64,000 nt of DNA, taken from positions 1 through 64,000 of the forward strand of contig JBBDYC010000007.1 in assembly GCA_040901985.1 (NCBI GenBank), read 5' to 3'. A program made the position numbers and the translations under genes. The stretch comes from Gemmatimonadaceae bacterium. Its GTDB lineage: Bacteria > Gemmatimonadota > Gemmatimonadetes > Gemmatimonadales > Gemmatimonadaceae. How positions within the stretch are numbered: the stretch's first letter is position 1; every line of letters starts with the position of its first letter. Shown piece after piece: positions 53,900 to 64,000 of this stretch. The notes below the pieces were generated by a model. The model was not told where the DNA came from. It saw only the letters and a program-made list of their open reading frames with translations, and did not search any database.

Positions 53900-53933
53900 C
53901 ACCATCGCCTCCCGCCGGACACCTTCACCACCT

Positions 53934-55766
53934 ATGGCATCAGCCGCGAGCGCAGGCAGCGAACGGATCGGCGACCTCCTCGTCAAAGAGGGGTTGATTT
54001 CGCGCGAGCAGCTCCAGAAGGCGCTCGAGGAGCAGCGCCAGAGCGGCACCCGCGTCGGCTACAACCTGGTGAAGCTCGGCTTCATCCAGGAGAACGAGCT
54101 CACGCGCACGCTCGCCCGCCAGTTCAAGATGCCGGCGGTGGACCTCTCGAAGTTCGAGGTGGACCCGAAGATCATCAAGCTCGTCCCGGCCGACCTGGCG
54201 ACGAAGAACCTCGTCCTCCCCCTCAAGCGCGACGGTCGCACGCTCACCGTCGCGATGGCCGACCCCACGAACCTCGGCGTCATCGAGGACCTGAAGTTCA
54301 TCACCCGCTACGACATCTTCCCGGTGATCGCCGGGGAGTTCACGCTCCGAAACGTCATCGAGAAGCACTACGAGTCGAGCGACGTCCAGATGTCGGCGTT
54401 GCTCTCGGAGATCGAGGACCTCGAGTCCGAGTCCGACGTCGAGGTGGTCGAGGAGAAGGAAGAGGAGATGTCCGCCACCGCGCTCGCCGCGGCGGTGGAC
54501 GACGCGCCGGTGGTGAAGCTGATCAACGCGATCCTCACCGACGCCGTGAAGCGCGGCGCCTCCGACATCCACTTCGAGTGCTTCGAGCACGACCTCCGCG
54601 TGCGCTACCGGATTGACGGCGCGCTGCAGGAGGTGATGAAGCCGCCGAAGAAGATGCAACCGGCGCTCATCTCGCGGTTCAAGATCATGAGCGCGCTCAA
54701 CATCGCCGAGCGGCGCGTCCCGCAGGACGGACGCATCAAGCTCAAGATGGGCAAGAAGGTCATTGACTACCGCGTCTCCACCCTTCCGACGCTCTTCGGC
54801 GAGAAGGTCGTGCTCCGGATCCTCGACAAGGGAAACCTGACCCTCGACCTCGAGAAGTTCGGCATCGAGCCGCGCGCCGAGAAGGAGTTGATGGAGGCGG
54901 TCTCGAACCCCTACGGGATGGTGCTTGTCACCGGCCCGACCGGGTCCGGCAAGACGACCACGCTCTACAGCTGCATCTCGAAGGTGAACGCGATTGACAC
55001 CAACATCATGACCGCCGAGGACCCCGTCGAGTACAACCTCTACGGCGTCAACCAGGTGCTCGTGCGGACCGAGATTGGGATGACGTTCGCCGCGGCGCTG
55101 AAGGCGTTCCTGCGGCAGGATCCGAACATCATCATGGTCGGCGAGATCCGCGACCTGGAGACGGGCGGCATCGCCATCAAGGCCGCGCTCACCGGCCACC
55201 TGGTGCTCTCGACCCTGCACACCAACTCGGCCGCCGAGACGGTGACCCGCCTCCTCGACATGGGGCTCGAGCCGTTCAACGTCAGCTCGGCGCTCAACCT
55301 CGTGCTGGCGCAACGCCTGCTCCGCCGCATCTGTACGAGCTGCAGGACCCGCTACGTGCCCGACGCGCTGGAGATGGAGACGGCGAAGTTCAAGGCGACG
55401 ACGAAGCTCAAGAACCTCCGCTTCACGAAGGAGGCGATTGACGACATGATCTCCCGCGCGCCGAAGGACACCGCCCAGGCGCTGCAGGGCCTGACGCTCG
55501 AGTCCACGATCGCCGACGTGCCGTTCTACAAGGGCAAGGGGTGCGATGCCTGCAACGGCTCCGGACTGAAGGGCCGCCAGGGCGCCTACGAGGTGATGTT
55601 CATGACGCCGTCGCTACGCAAGCTGATCCTCCAGAACGTCGGCGCCGCCGAGATCCGCGATGCCGCCATCGAGGGCGGGATGCTCACGCTCCGCATGGAC
55701 GGCTTGCTGAAGGTCTGGAAGGGCATCACGACGCTGGAGCAGGTGGTGCGCGAGACGAGCGTGTGA
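53934..55766 (+). CDS. pilB: Type IV pilus assembly ATPase
   Basis: MshEN-like N-terminus, GPTGSGKTTT, EDPVE, LRQDP, two CxxC. Confidence 0.95.
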   Translation: MASAASAGSERIGDLLVKEGLISREQLQKALEEQRQSGTRVGYNLVKLGFIQENELTRTLARQFKMPAVDLSKFEVDPKIIKLVPADLATKNLVLPLKRDGRTLTVAMADPTNLGVIEDLKFITRYDIFPVIAGEFTLRNVIEKHYESSDVQMSALLSEIEDLESESDVEVVEEKEEEMSATALAAAVDDAPVVKLINAILTDAVKRGASDIHFECFEHDLRVRYRIDGALQEVMKPPKKMQPALISRFKIMSALNIAERRVPQDGRIKLKMGKKVIDYRVSTLPTLFGEKVVLRILDKGNLTLDLEKFGIEPRAEKELMEAVSNPYGMVLVTGPTGSGKTTTLYSCISKVNAIDTNIMTAEDPVEYNLYGVNQVLVRTEIGMTFAAALKAFLRQDPNIIMVGEIRDLETGGIAIKAALTGHLVLSTLHTNSAAETVTRLLDMGLEPFNVSSALNLVLAQRLLRRICTSCRTRYVPDALEMETAKFKATTKLKNLRFTKEAIDDMISRAPKDTAQALQGLTLESTIADVPFYKGKGCDACNGSGLKGRQGAYEVMFMTPSLRKLILQNVGAAEIRDAAIEGGMLTLRMDGLLKVWKGITTLEQVVRETSV

Positions 55767-55770
55767 CCTG

Positions 55771-55810
55771 CCCCCTCCCGCTCACCTTTCCCCTATCTCC
55801 TTTCCCCTCT
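55771..55810 (+). repeat. Degenerate pyrimidine-rich heptamer array
   Basis: ccccctc ccgctca cctttcc cctatct cctttcc cctct. Confidence 0.6.
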
Positions 55811-55817
55811 TGAGAGA

Positions 55818-56975
55818 ATGACCGCACCCGCCGCCCCAGCCGCCGCTTCGCAGGTCAACCTCCGCGTGCTCCTCGAGGAGATGATCGAGCGCGGCGCGTC
55901 CGACCTGCACATCACCGCCGGTGCGCGCGCGATGCTGCGGGTGGACGGCGAGATCGTCACGTCCAAGCAGGACGTCGTCCTCCAGCCGAAGGACACGCTC
56001 ACGCTCGCCTACTCGATCCTCACCGAGAACCAGAAGAAGCGGTTCGAGCAGGAGGACGAGCTCGACTTCTCCTTCGGCATCCAGAACCTGGCCCGCTTCC
56101 GCGGCAACTGCTTCAAGCAGCGGGGCTGCGTCTCGATCGTCCTCCGCCAGATCCCGTTCAACATCCTCACCTTCGCCGACCTGAAGCTCCCGCCGGTGAT
56201 CGCCAAGCTGGCCGAGAAACCGCGCGGGATGGTCCTCGTCACCGGCCCCACCGGCTCCGGCAAGTCCACCACGCTGGCCGCGATGATTGACAAGATCAAC
56301 CGCGAGCGGAAGGGACACATCCTCACGGTCGAGGACCCGATCGAGTTCATCCACAAGCACCAGGGGTGCATCGTCAACCAGCGCGAGGTCGGGAGCGACA
56401 CCAAGTCGTTCGGCACCGCGCTCAAGTACGCCCTCCGCGAGGATCCCGACGTCGTCCTCGTCGGCGAAATGCGCGACCACGAGACGATTCACGCCGGCCT
56501 GACGATCGCCGAGACGGGCCACCTGGCCTTTGCGACGCTGCACACCAACAGCGCCGCCGAGGCGATCAACCGCATCATTGACGTCTTCCCGAGCCACCAG
56601 CAGGCGCAGGTGCGCGCCCAGCTGGCGTTCGTCCTCGAGGGGATCATCACCCAGACCCTGCTCCCCAAGCGGACCGGGAAGGGGCGCGTGATGGCCGCCG
56701 AGATCCTCGTCGTCACGCCGGCGATCCGGGCCCTGATCCGCGACGACAAGATCCACCAGGTGTACTCGATGATGCAGTCGGGCAAGAAGCACGGGATGCA
56801 GACGCTCAACGACGCGCTGTACGCCCTCTACACGGCGCGCGAAGTCACCGAGGACGAATGCCTCCGCGTCACCGGCGACCCGGTCGAGTTCCTCCGGATG
56901 ATCGGCAAGGCGCCGGGCGACGACGGTCCGTCCGCCCCGGCCACGAAACCCGGCGCGCCCGCCGGTCGTCGCTGA
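55818..56975 (+). CDS. pilT: Type IV pilus retraction ATPase
   Basis: GPTGSGKSTT, LREDPD, AIRALIR, GMQT. Confidence 0.95.
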   Translation: MTAPAAPAAASQVNLRVLLEEMIERGASDLHITAGARAMLRVDGEIVTSKQDVVLQPKDTLTLAYSILTENQKKRFEQEDELDFSFGIQNLARFRGNCFKQRGCVSIVLRQIPFNILTFADLKLPPVIAKLAEKPRGMVLVTGPTGSGKSTTLAAMIDKINRERKGHILTVEDPIEFIHKHQGCIVNQREVGSDTKSFGTALKYALREDPDVVLVGEMRDHETIHAGLTIAETGHLAFATLHTNSAAEAINRIIDVFPSHQQAQVRAQLAFVLEGIITQTLLPKRTGKGRVMAAEILVVTPAIRALIRDDKIHQVYSMMQSGKKHGMQTLNDALYALYTAREVTEDECLRVTGDPVEFLRMIGKAPGDDGPSAPATKPGAPAGRR

Positions 56976-57004
56976 TGCAGATCGCATAGCCCCCAGGAGA
57001 CCCA

Positions 57005-58201
57005 ATGCCCGCATTTGTCTACACGGCCCGCACCGCCACCGGCGACCTCAAGAGCGCGACCATCGAGGCCGCGAACAAGGAGGACGTCGTCAACCAGCTC
57101 AAGCGGCTGCGGATGACGGTCGTCAAGGTGGAGGAGCAGTCCAAGACCAAGTCGAGCACCAAGGGCTCGGTCGCGATGCGCGACATCGTGATCTTCACCC
57201 GGCAGTTCTCGACGATGATCAACTCCGGCCTGCCCCTCGTGCAGGCCCTCGACATCCTCTCCAAGCAGTCGGAGAATCCAGTCCTCCAGGCGGTCACGCG
57301 CCAAGTGGTGTTCGACGTCGAGTCCGGCCACACGGTGGCCGACGCGCTCGCCAAGCACCCCAATGCGTTCACCGAGCTCTACGTCAACATGGTGGCGGCG
57401 GGCGAGGCCGGCGGCATCCTCGACACCATCCTGCTGCGCCTGGCGACGTTCATGGAGAAGAACGACGCCCTCGTCCGCAAGGTGAAGGGCGCGATGATCT
57501 ACCCCGGTGTCATCTCCGGCGTCGCCGGCTCGGCCATCTCGATCCTGCTCCTCTTCGTCATCCCGACGTTCCAGAGAATGTTCGCGTCGGTCGGCCTCGC
57601 GCTTCCGCTCCCGACGCGCATCGTCATCGCGCTGTCCGAGTTCCTCCAGGGCTACTGGTGGGCCCTCATCATCGCCGGCTTCCTGGGGTTCCGCTTCGCC
57701 AAGAGCTACTACGCGACGTCCAAGGGCCAACTCGTGATTGACCGGCTGCTGCTCAAGGCCCCGGTGCTCGGCGACGTGCTCCGCAAGACCGCGGTGTCGC
57801 GCTTCACGCGCACCCTGGGCACGCTGATCAGCTCGGGCGTCAGCATCCTCGACGGCCTGGAGATCACGGCGAAGACGGCCGGCAACCGCGTCATCTCCGA
57901 CGCGATCATGGCGTCGCGCGCGTCCATCGCCGGCGGCGACACGATCTCCGCCCCGCTCGCCAAGAGCCAGGTCTTCCCGCCGATGGTGATCTCGATGATC
58001 GCGGTCGGCGAGCAGACCGGCGGCCTCGACGAGATGCTCTCGAAGATCGCCGACTTCTACGACGAGGAAGTGGACGCCGCGGTCGGTGGCCTCCTCGCCC
58101 TGATGGAGCCGATGATGATCGTCTTCCTCGGCGTCGTCGTCGGCGGCATGGTCGTCGCGATGTATCTGCCGATCTTCGACATGATCAACGCGGTGCAGTA
58201 A
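57005..58201 (+). CDS. pilC: Type IV pilus platform protein
   Basis: GEAGG, AMIYP, GEQTG, AMYLPIF. Confidence 0.95.
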   Translation: MPAFVYTARTATGDLKSATIEAANKEDVVNQLKRLRMTVVKVEEQSKTKSSTKGSVAMRDIVIFTRQFSTMINSGLPLVQALDILSKQSENPVLQAVTRQVVFDVESGHTVADALAKHPNAFTELYVNMVAAGEAGGILDTILLRLATFMEKNDALVRKVKGAMIYPGVISGVAGSAISILLLFVIPTFQRMFASVGLALPLPTRIVIALSEFLQGYWWALIIAGFLGFRFAKSYYATSKGQLVIDRLLLKAPVLGDVLRKTAVSRFTRTLGTLISSGVSILDGLEITAKTAGNRVISDAIMASRASIAGGDTISAPLAKSQVFPPMVISMIAVGEQTGGLDEMLSKIADFYDEEVDAAVGGLLALMEPMMIVFLGVVVGGMVVAMYLPIFDMINAVQ

Positions 58202-58222
58202 CCACCGGTGAACGTGGATCGG

Positions 58223-58260
58223 TGCAAGACGGGCGGCCCGGTCCCCCCCCCCGTCTTGCA
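58223..58260 (+). terminator. Hairpin after pilC
   Basis: tgcaagacggg ... cccgtcttgca. Confidence 0.55.
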
Positions 58261-58310
58261 TCCATCGCCCCGCCCGGCGCGCCGCGTCACGGCGCGTGGG
58301 CGCCCCTCCG

Positions 58311-59075
58311 CTAGCCCTCGCGGGCGCCAGACCAGGCCTTCGTCCCCGTGGAGCGACCCTCCGCCTCGGCAGTCGCCTCGATGATGTCGGTTTCGTGGTC
58401 CACGTACTCGGGGACATCCCGGGTCCGTTCGCTCGGCAGCGCCTGGAGGAACCGCGCCGCGAACCGCTGGCGGGCCGCGTCATCGCCCGCCGCCCGGGCG
58501 CTCCGCATCGCGAGTGCCAAGCCGAGCAGGTGTCTCGGCGCGCCGGCGAGGATCGTGTCCGCCTCGGCGCGCGCGAGCGCCGGCTCCCCCGAGACGAGGT
58601 AGATCAGGCCCAGGTCGTAGCGCCGATGCGGCGTGAGGGGCGCCAGCGCCTGGAACGACATCACGGCCATCGGGGCGAAGAAGGCGACCGTGTCCATCTT
58701 GCCCTCGGAGGCGGCCGCCATCACGCGGTTGAAGAGCCGGTCCACGCGCTCGTCGCCCGAGAGTTGCGAGATGTCGGAGGCCGCGCCGCTGAATCCGCCG
58801 GCCATCGGCCCCGCCTGCGGATCCGGACGCCCGGAGGCGATGGCGAAGGCGATGACCGCGACCACCGCAGCGCTTGGGATGATCCAGGGGAGCGCCCGGA
58901 CAACGCTGGAGGCCGGGCCGGAGGCGGGGCCAGACGCTGGGCTGGACGCCGGGCCGGACGCGGCGCCGCGGGCGGGCGTCTGAAACGCACTCGCCGTCAG
59001 CGCGAAGCCGCAGTTCGGACAGAAATTGGCCGACGCCGAGAGCGAGGCGCCGCATCGTTCGCAGAATCGAGGCAT
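58311..59075 (-). CDS. Zinc-ribbon, TM and TPR-like periplasmic domain protein
   Basis: FCERCG...FCPNCG, ASGP-repeat linker, TM, helical C-terminus. Confidence 0.75.
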   Translation of the reverse strand: MPRFCERCGASLSASANFCPNCGFALTASAFQTPARGAASGPASSPASGPASGPASSVVRALPWIIPSAAVVAVIAFAIASGRPDPQAGPMAGGFSGAASDISQLSGDERVDRLFNRVMAAASEGKMDTVAFFAPMAVMSFQALAPLTPHRRYDLGLIYLVSGEPALARAEADTILAGAPRHLLGLALAMRSARAAGDDAARQRFAARFLQALPSERTRDVPEYVDHETDIIEATAEAEGRSTGTKAWSGAREG

Positions 59076-59260
59076 CACGGGGACGATGGACGGGGCGCGG
59101 CCGGCGTCGGCACGCGCGGTGATCGGGATGGCCTACAAGGTACCTCGGGGACGCCTCTATCATATCTTTCCTGCCGCCGTGCGACCATCGTGCGAAACCT
59201 GACGTGGGCTCAAGGATTCGCCCGATGCCGATCACCATCCCAGCCCCCGATCGTTCGCCA

Positions 59261-59977
59261 ATGCCACCAGCCGTGACACCGGTGCAGGACCTCGCCATCG
59301 AGGCGGAGGGCGTGACCCGCCGGTTCGGCGCGAGGTGGGTCCTGCGCGGGATCTCGTTGCGCGTGGCGCCGGGCGAGATCGTTGGGCTGTTGGGCGCCAA
59401 CGGGAGCGGCAAGAGCACCCTCCTGCGGATCTTTGCGACGCTGCTTCGTCCCAACGGCGGCACGGCGCGCGTGAGCGGGGCGGACGTGACTGGGGACGCC
59501 GATGCGGTCCGCCGGCGAGTCGGGTTCCTTGCGCACAGCACCGGTCTCTACGAGGACCTGACGGCGCGCGAGAACCTCAAGTTCGCGGCGACGATGCTGG
59601 GGCGGGCGCCTGGGGACCTCGACGCGTTGCTCGAGCGCGTCGGGCTCACGCCGGTGGCCGATCGGCGGGTGCGCGGCTACTCCGCCGGGATGCAGCGCCG
59701 GCTCTCGCTGGCGCGACTCCTGCTCGCGTCGCCGCGCGTGCTCCTGCTGGATGAGCCGTACAGCAACCTCGACGCCGACGGCATCGCCCTGATGAACACG
59801 ATGCTGCGCGGCGCCGCGGCGAGTGGCGCGGCGGCCCTGGTGGTGCTGCACGAGACCGCGCCGGCGGCGGGGCTCCTCGACTGGACGGTCACCATCGCCG
59901 ACGGGCGCATTGCCCACGCCACCGAGTTTGCGCGGCCGCGGCCGGCGAGCGCCCACCAGCCGGCGGAGGCGCGCTGA
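59261..59977 (+). CDS. ccmA: Heme exporter ATPase
   Basis: GANGSGKST, YSAGMQRR; upstream of ccmB. Confidence 0.88.
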   Translation: MPPAVTPVQDLAIEAEGVTRRFGARWVLRGISLRVAPGEIVGLLGANGSGKSTLLRIFATLLRPNGGTARVSGADVTGDADAVRRRVGFLAHSTGLYEDLTARENLKFAATMLGRAPGDLDALLERVGLTPVADRRVRGYSAGMQRRLSLARLLLASPRVLLLDEPYSNLDADGIALMNTMLRGAAASGAAALVVLHETAPAAGLLDWTVTIADGRIAHATEFARPRPASAHQPAEAR

Positions 59978-60663
59978 TGGCCTGGCTTGACGACTGGCGC
60001 CGCGTGCGGGCGATCGCGTGGAAGGACCTCACCACCGAGCGCCGATCGAAGGCCGGGTTCAATTCCGTCGTCGCATTGGGGGTGACGATCCTCGTGCTTT
60101 TCGGCTTTGCCCTCGGCCCCGACGCGGCGGCGCTGCGCCACGCCGCCGCCGGCGCGCTTTGGCTTGCCGTGCTCTTTGCCGGGGTCCTGGCGTTCAATCG
60201 GTCGTATCAGGTGGAACTCGAGACCGGCGCGCTCGAGCCCCTGCTGCTCTACCCGGGCGCCCGCTGGACCATCTTCACCGGCAAGCTGCTGGCAAACCTC
60301 GTCCTCGTCTGGATCCTGCTCGCGATCGTCGTCGTGGTCGGGATCGTGCTCTTCCAGGTGACGGTTCCCGCCGCCTGGCCCACGCTCCTCGTCGTCCTCG
60401 CGCTCGGCGTGGTCGGCCTGGTGACGCTCGGGACCTTCTATGGCGCGATGGCGAGTCGGAGCCGCGCCCGCGAGGTGCTGCTCCCGCTCCTTCTCTTCCC
60501 GATGCTGGTGCCGGTGCTCCTTGCCGCGATGCAGGCCTCGCGCGCGCTGCTCGGCGGCGACGTGATGCACGAGGCCGGCGCCTGGATCCGCCTGCTGCTC
60601 GCCTACGACCTGATCTTCCTCAGCGCCACTCACCTGGCGTTCGCTCATATCATCGAGGGTTGA
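59977..60663 (+). CDS. ccmB: Heme exporter protein B
   Basis: KDLTTE, LLPLLLFPMLVP, multi-TM. Confidence 0.9.
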   Translation: MAWLDDWRRVRAIAWKDLTTERRSKAGFNSVVALGVTILVLFGFALGPDAAALRHAAAGALWLAVLFAGVLAFNRSYQVELETGALEPLLLYPGARWTIFTGKLLANLVLVWILLAIVVVVGIVLFQVTVPAAWPTLLVVLALGVVGLVTLGTFYGAMASRSRAREVLLPLLLFPMLVPVLLAAMQASRALLGGDVMHEAGAWIRLLLAYDLIFLSATHLAFAHIIEG

Positions 60664-60667
60664 TTCC

Positions 60668-61384
60668 GTGAGTTCACCCACCCCGCCGATCGCCGACTCC
60701 CCGGTGCCGCAGGCCGGCCGCTGGCCGATCTTCGGCGTCTTTGCGCTCGTCTTCCTCGTCTTCGCGCAGGTGTCGGCGATCCTCGTGTCGCCGCCCGACC
60801 GCGATATGGGCCACCTGCAGAAGATCATGTACGTGCACGTCCCCGCCGCGTGGACGACCTTCCTCGCGTTCTTCGTCGTCCTCGTCTTCAGCCTGCTCGT
60901 GCTCTGGAAGGGCCGGGAGTCCCACGACCTGATTGCCGCCTCGGCCGCCGAGGTCGGGGCGATGTTCAACGCGCTGACGCTGGCGTTGGGGATGATCTGG
61001 GGCAAGCCGACGTGGGGCGTCTGGTGGACCTGGGACGCGCGGCTCACCTCGACGCTGGTCCTCCTGCTGATTTTCGTGGGTTACCTTTCGTTGCGGGCCT
61101 TCATTGACGACCCCGACCGCCGTGCGCGCTGGTCGGCAGCCGTGGGGGTGCTCGGCGCAATCAACGTGCCGATCGTCTATATGTCGGTGAAATGGTGGCG
61201 GACGCTGCATCAGGTGCAGTCGAGCCCCTCGACGGTGGACCCGGCCTACGTGTATGGGCTCCGGATCAATGCGGTGGCATTGCTGTTCGTGCTCATCTAC
61301 TTCGTCCGCCGCCGCTACGAGGCGGCGCGCCTTCTCCGCGCGGCCGAGCAGCGTGACGACGCCATCGCCCTTGGAGGACGATGA
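60668..61384 (+). CDS. ccmC: Heme exporter protein C
   Basis: YVHVP, WGKPTWGVWWTWDARLT, WWRTLHQ. Confidence 0.95.
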   Translation: MSSPTPPIADSPVPQAGRWPIFGVFALVFLVFAQVSAILVSPPDRDMGHLQKIMYVHVPAAWTTFLAFFVVLVFSLLVLWKGRESHDLIAASAAEVGAMFNALTLALGMIWGKPTWGVWWTWDARLTSTLVLLLIFVGYLSLRAFIDDPDRRARWSAAVGVLGAINVPIVYMSVKWWRTLHQVQSSPSTVDPAYVYGLRINAVALLFVLIYFVRRRYEAARLLRAAEQRDDAIALGGR

Positions 61385-61536
61385 ATATGGAATCCAGCAT
61401 CAACTTCGTGATCGCCGCCTACGCGCTGACCTGGCTCGCCCTGGTCGCGTACGCGTTCCATGCGCATCGCACGCTGCGGCGCGCCCGCGACGAGTATGAC
61501 CGCGCGACGGGCCAGGCGGCCGGGAGGCCGCGATGA
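61381..61536 (+). CDS. ccmD: CcmD-like small membrane protein (51 aa, not in the ORF track)
   Basis: MNMESSINFVIAAYALTWLALVAYAFHAHRTLRRAR...; ATGA overlaps with ccmC and ccmE. Confidence 0.85.
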   Translation: MNMESSINFVIAAYALTWLALVAYAFHAHRTLRRARDEYDRATGQAAGRPR

Positions 61537-61991
61537 CCACCGTGGGCGCGAGTGGCCGTCGCCGCTGGGCAATCGCCGGCGTGGCGTTGATCGCCGTCAC
61601 CTTCGCCTGGCTGCTCTTCGGCGGGCTCGACCGGAACGTCGTCTACTTCCTCACCCCGGCCGAGCTGCTCGCCAAGGGGCCCGAGGCGATTGATGTTCCG
61701 GTGCGGCTGGGCGGGCAGGTGAAGCCGGGGTCGGTCCTCTGGGACGAGACGACACTCGACCTGCGCTTTGCGGTCGTGGACGGGGACGGGGAGGTGGCGG
61801 TGCAGAGCACCGGTGCGCCGCCCCAGATGTTCCGTGACGGGATGGGCGTCGTCGTCGAGGGGCGCTATGGGCGCGACGGGGTGTTCCGGTCGTCGAACCT
61901 GATGATCAAGCACTCCAACGAGTACCGCGCGCCGGCGGAGGGCGAGCGGCCCCACGAGATGTACCGCACCCTGTTCGAGGCGACCCCGTAG
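61533..61991 (+). CDS. ccmE: Heme chaperone
   Basis: YFLTP, RLGGQV, PQMFRDG, KHSNEY (HxxxY). Confidence 0.93.
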   Translation: MTTVGASGRRRWAIAGVALIAVTFAWLLFGGLDRNVVYFLTPAELLAKGPEAIDVPVRLGGQVKPGSVLWDETTLDLRFAVVDGDGEVAVQSTGAPPQMFRDGMGVVVEGRYGRDGVFRSSNLMIKHSNEYRAPAEGERPHEMYRTLFEATP

Positions 61992-61993
61992 TG

Positions 61994-63951
<1,958 letters not shown>

Positions 63952-63955
<4 letters not shown>

Positions 63956-64000
63956 ACTGGGGTCGCGCGCTGACGGCCGCCGCGTTCGGCGTACCGGTCA
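63952..64000 (+). CDS. Start of the next ccm gene (probably CcmG thioredoxin), truncated by the window edge
   Basis: ATGA overlap with the ccmF stop; MNWGRALTAAAFGVPV; identity inferred from operon position. Confidence 0.5.

Overview
High-GC bacterial chromosomal segment, densely coding. Gene content and style suggest Gemmatimonadota (inference). Bases 1-~2000 are an accessory patch: the 3' end of an Rhs polymorphic-toxin gene with an unrecognised C-terminal domain, a signal-peptide immunity candidate, an integron attC-like site and a hicBA toxin-antitoxin pair. The rest is core-like. It holds two TonB-dependent receptors, a long minus-strand run (peroxiredoxin, glycerate kinase, aguB, aguA, binding protein, MCP, queC, queE), acnA, a patatin-ferredoxin fusion, kynureninase, a PAS hybrid pseudokinase, a TPR/ABC/M16 operon, acs, ppa, cyoE, lptF-lptG-mlaE-mlaD, comEA-pilB-pilT-pilC and ccmABCDEF(G). 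I saw no rRNA, tRNA, CRISPR array or transposase. The most notable unexplained signals are strong avoidance of RTCGAY hexamers in all frames (relaxed in the accessory patch), the solitary attC beside hicBA, phosphorylation-dead signalling proteins, intergenic heptamer arrays, and a promoter architecture shared by both TonB receptor genes. All annotations come from motif recognition by eye, without database searches, and start codons are best estimates.
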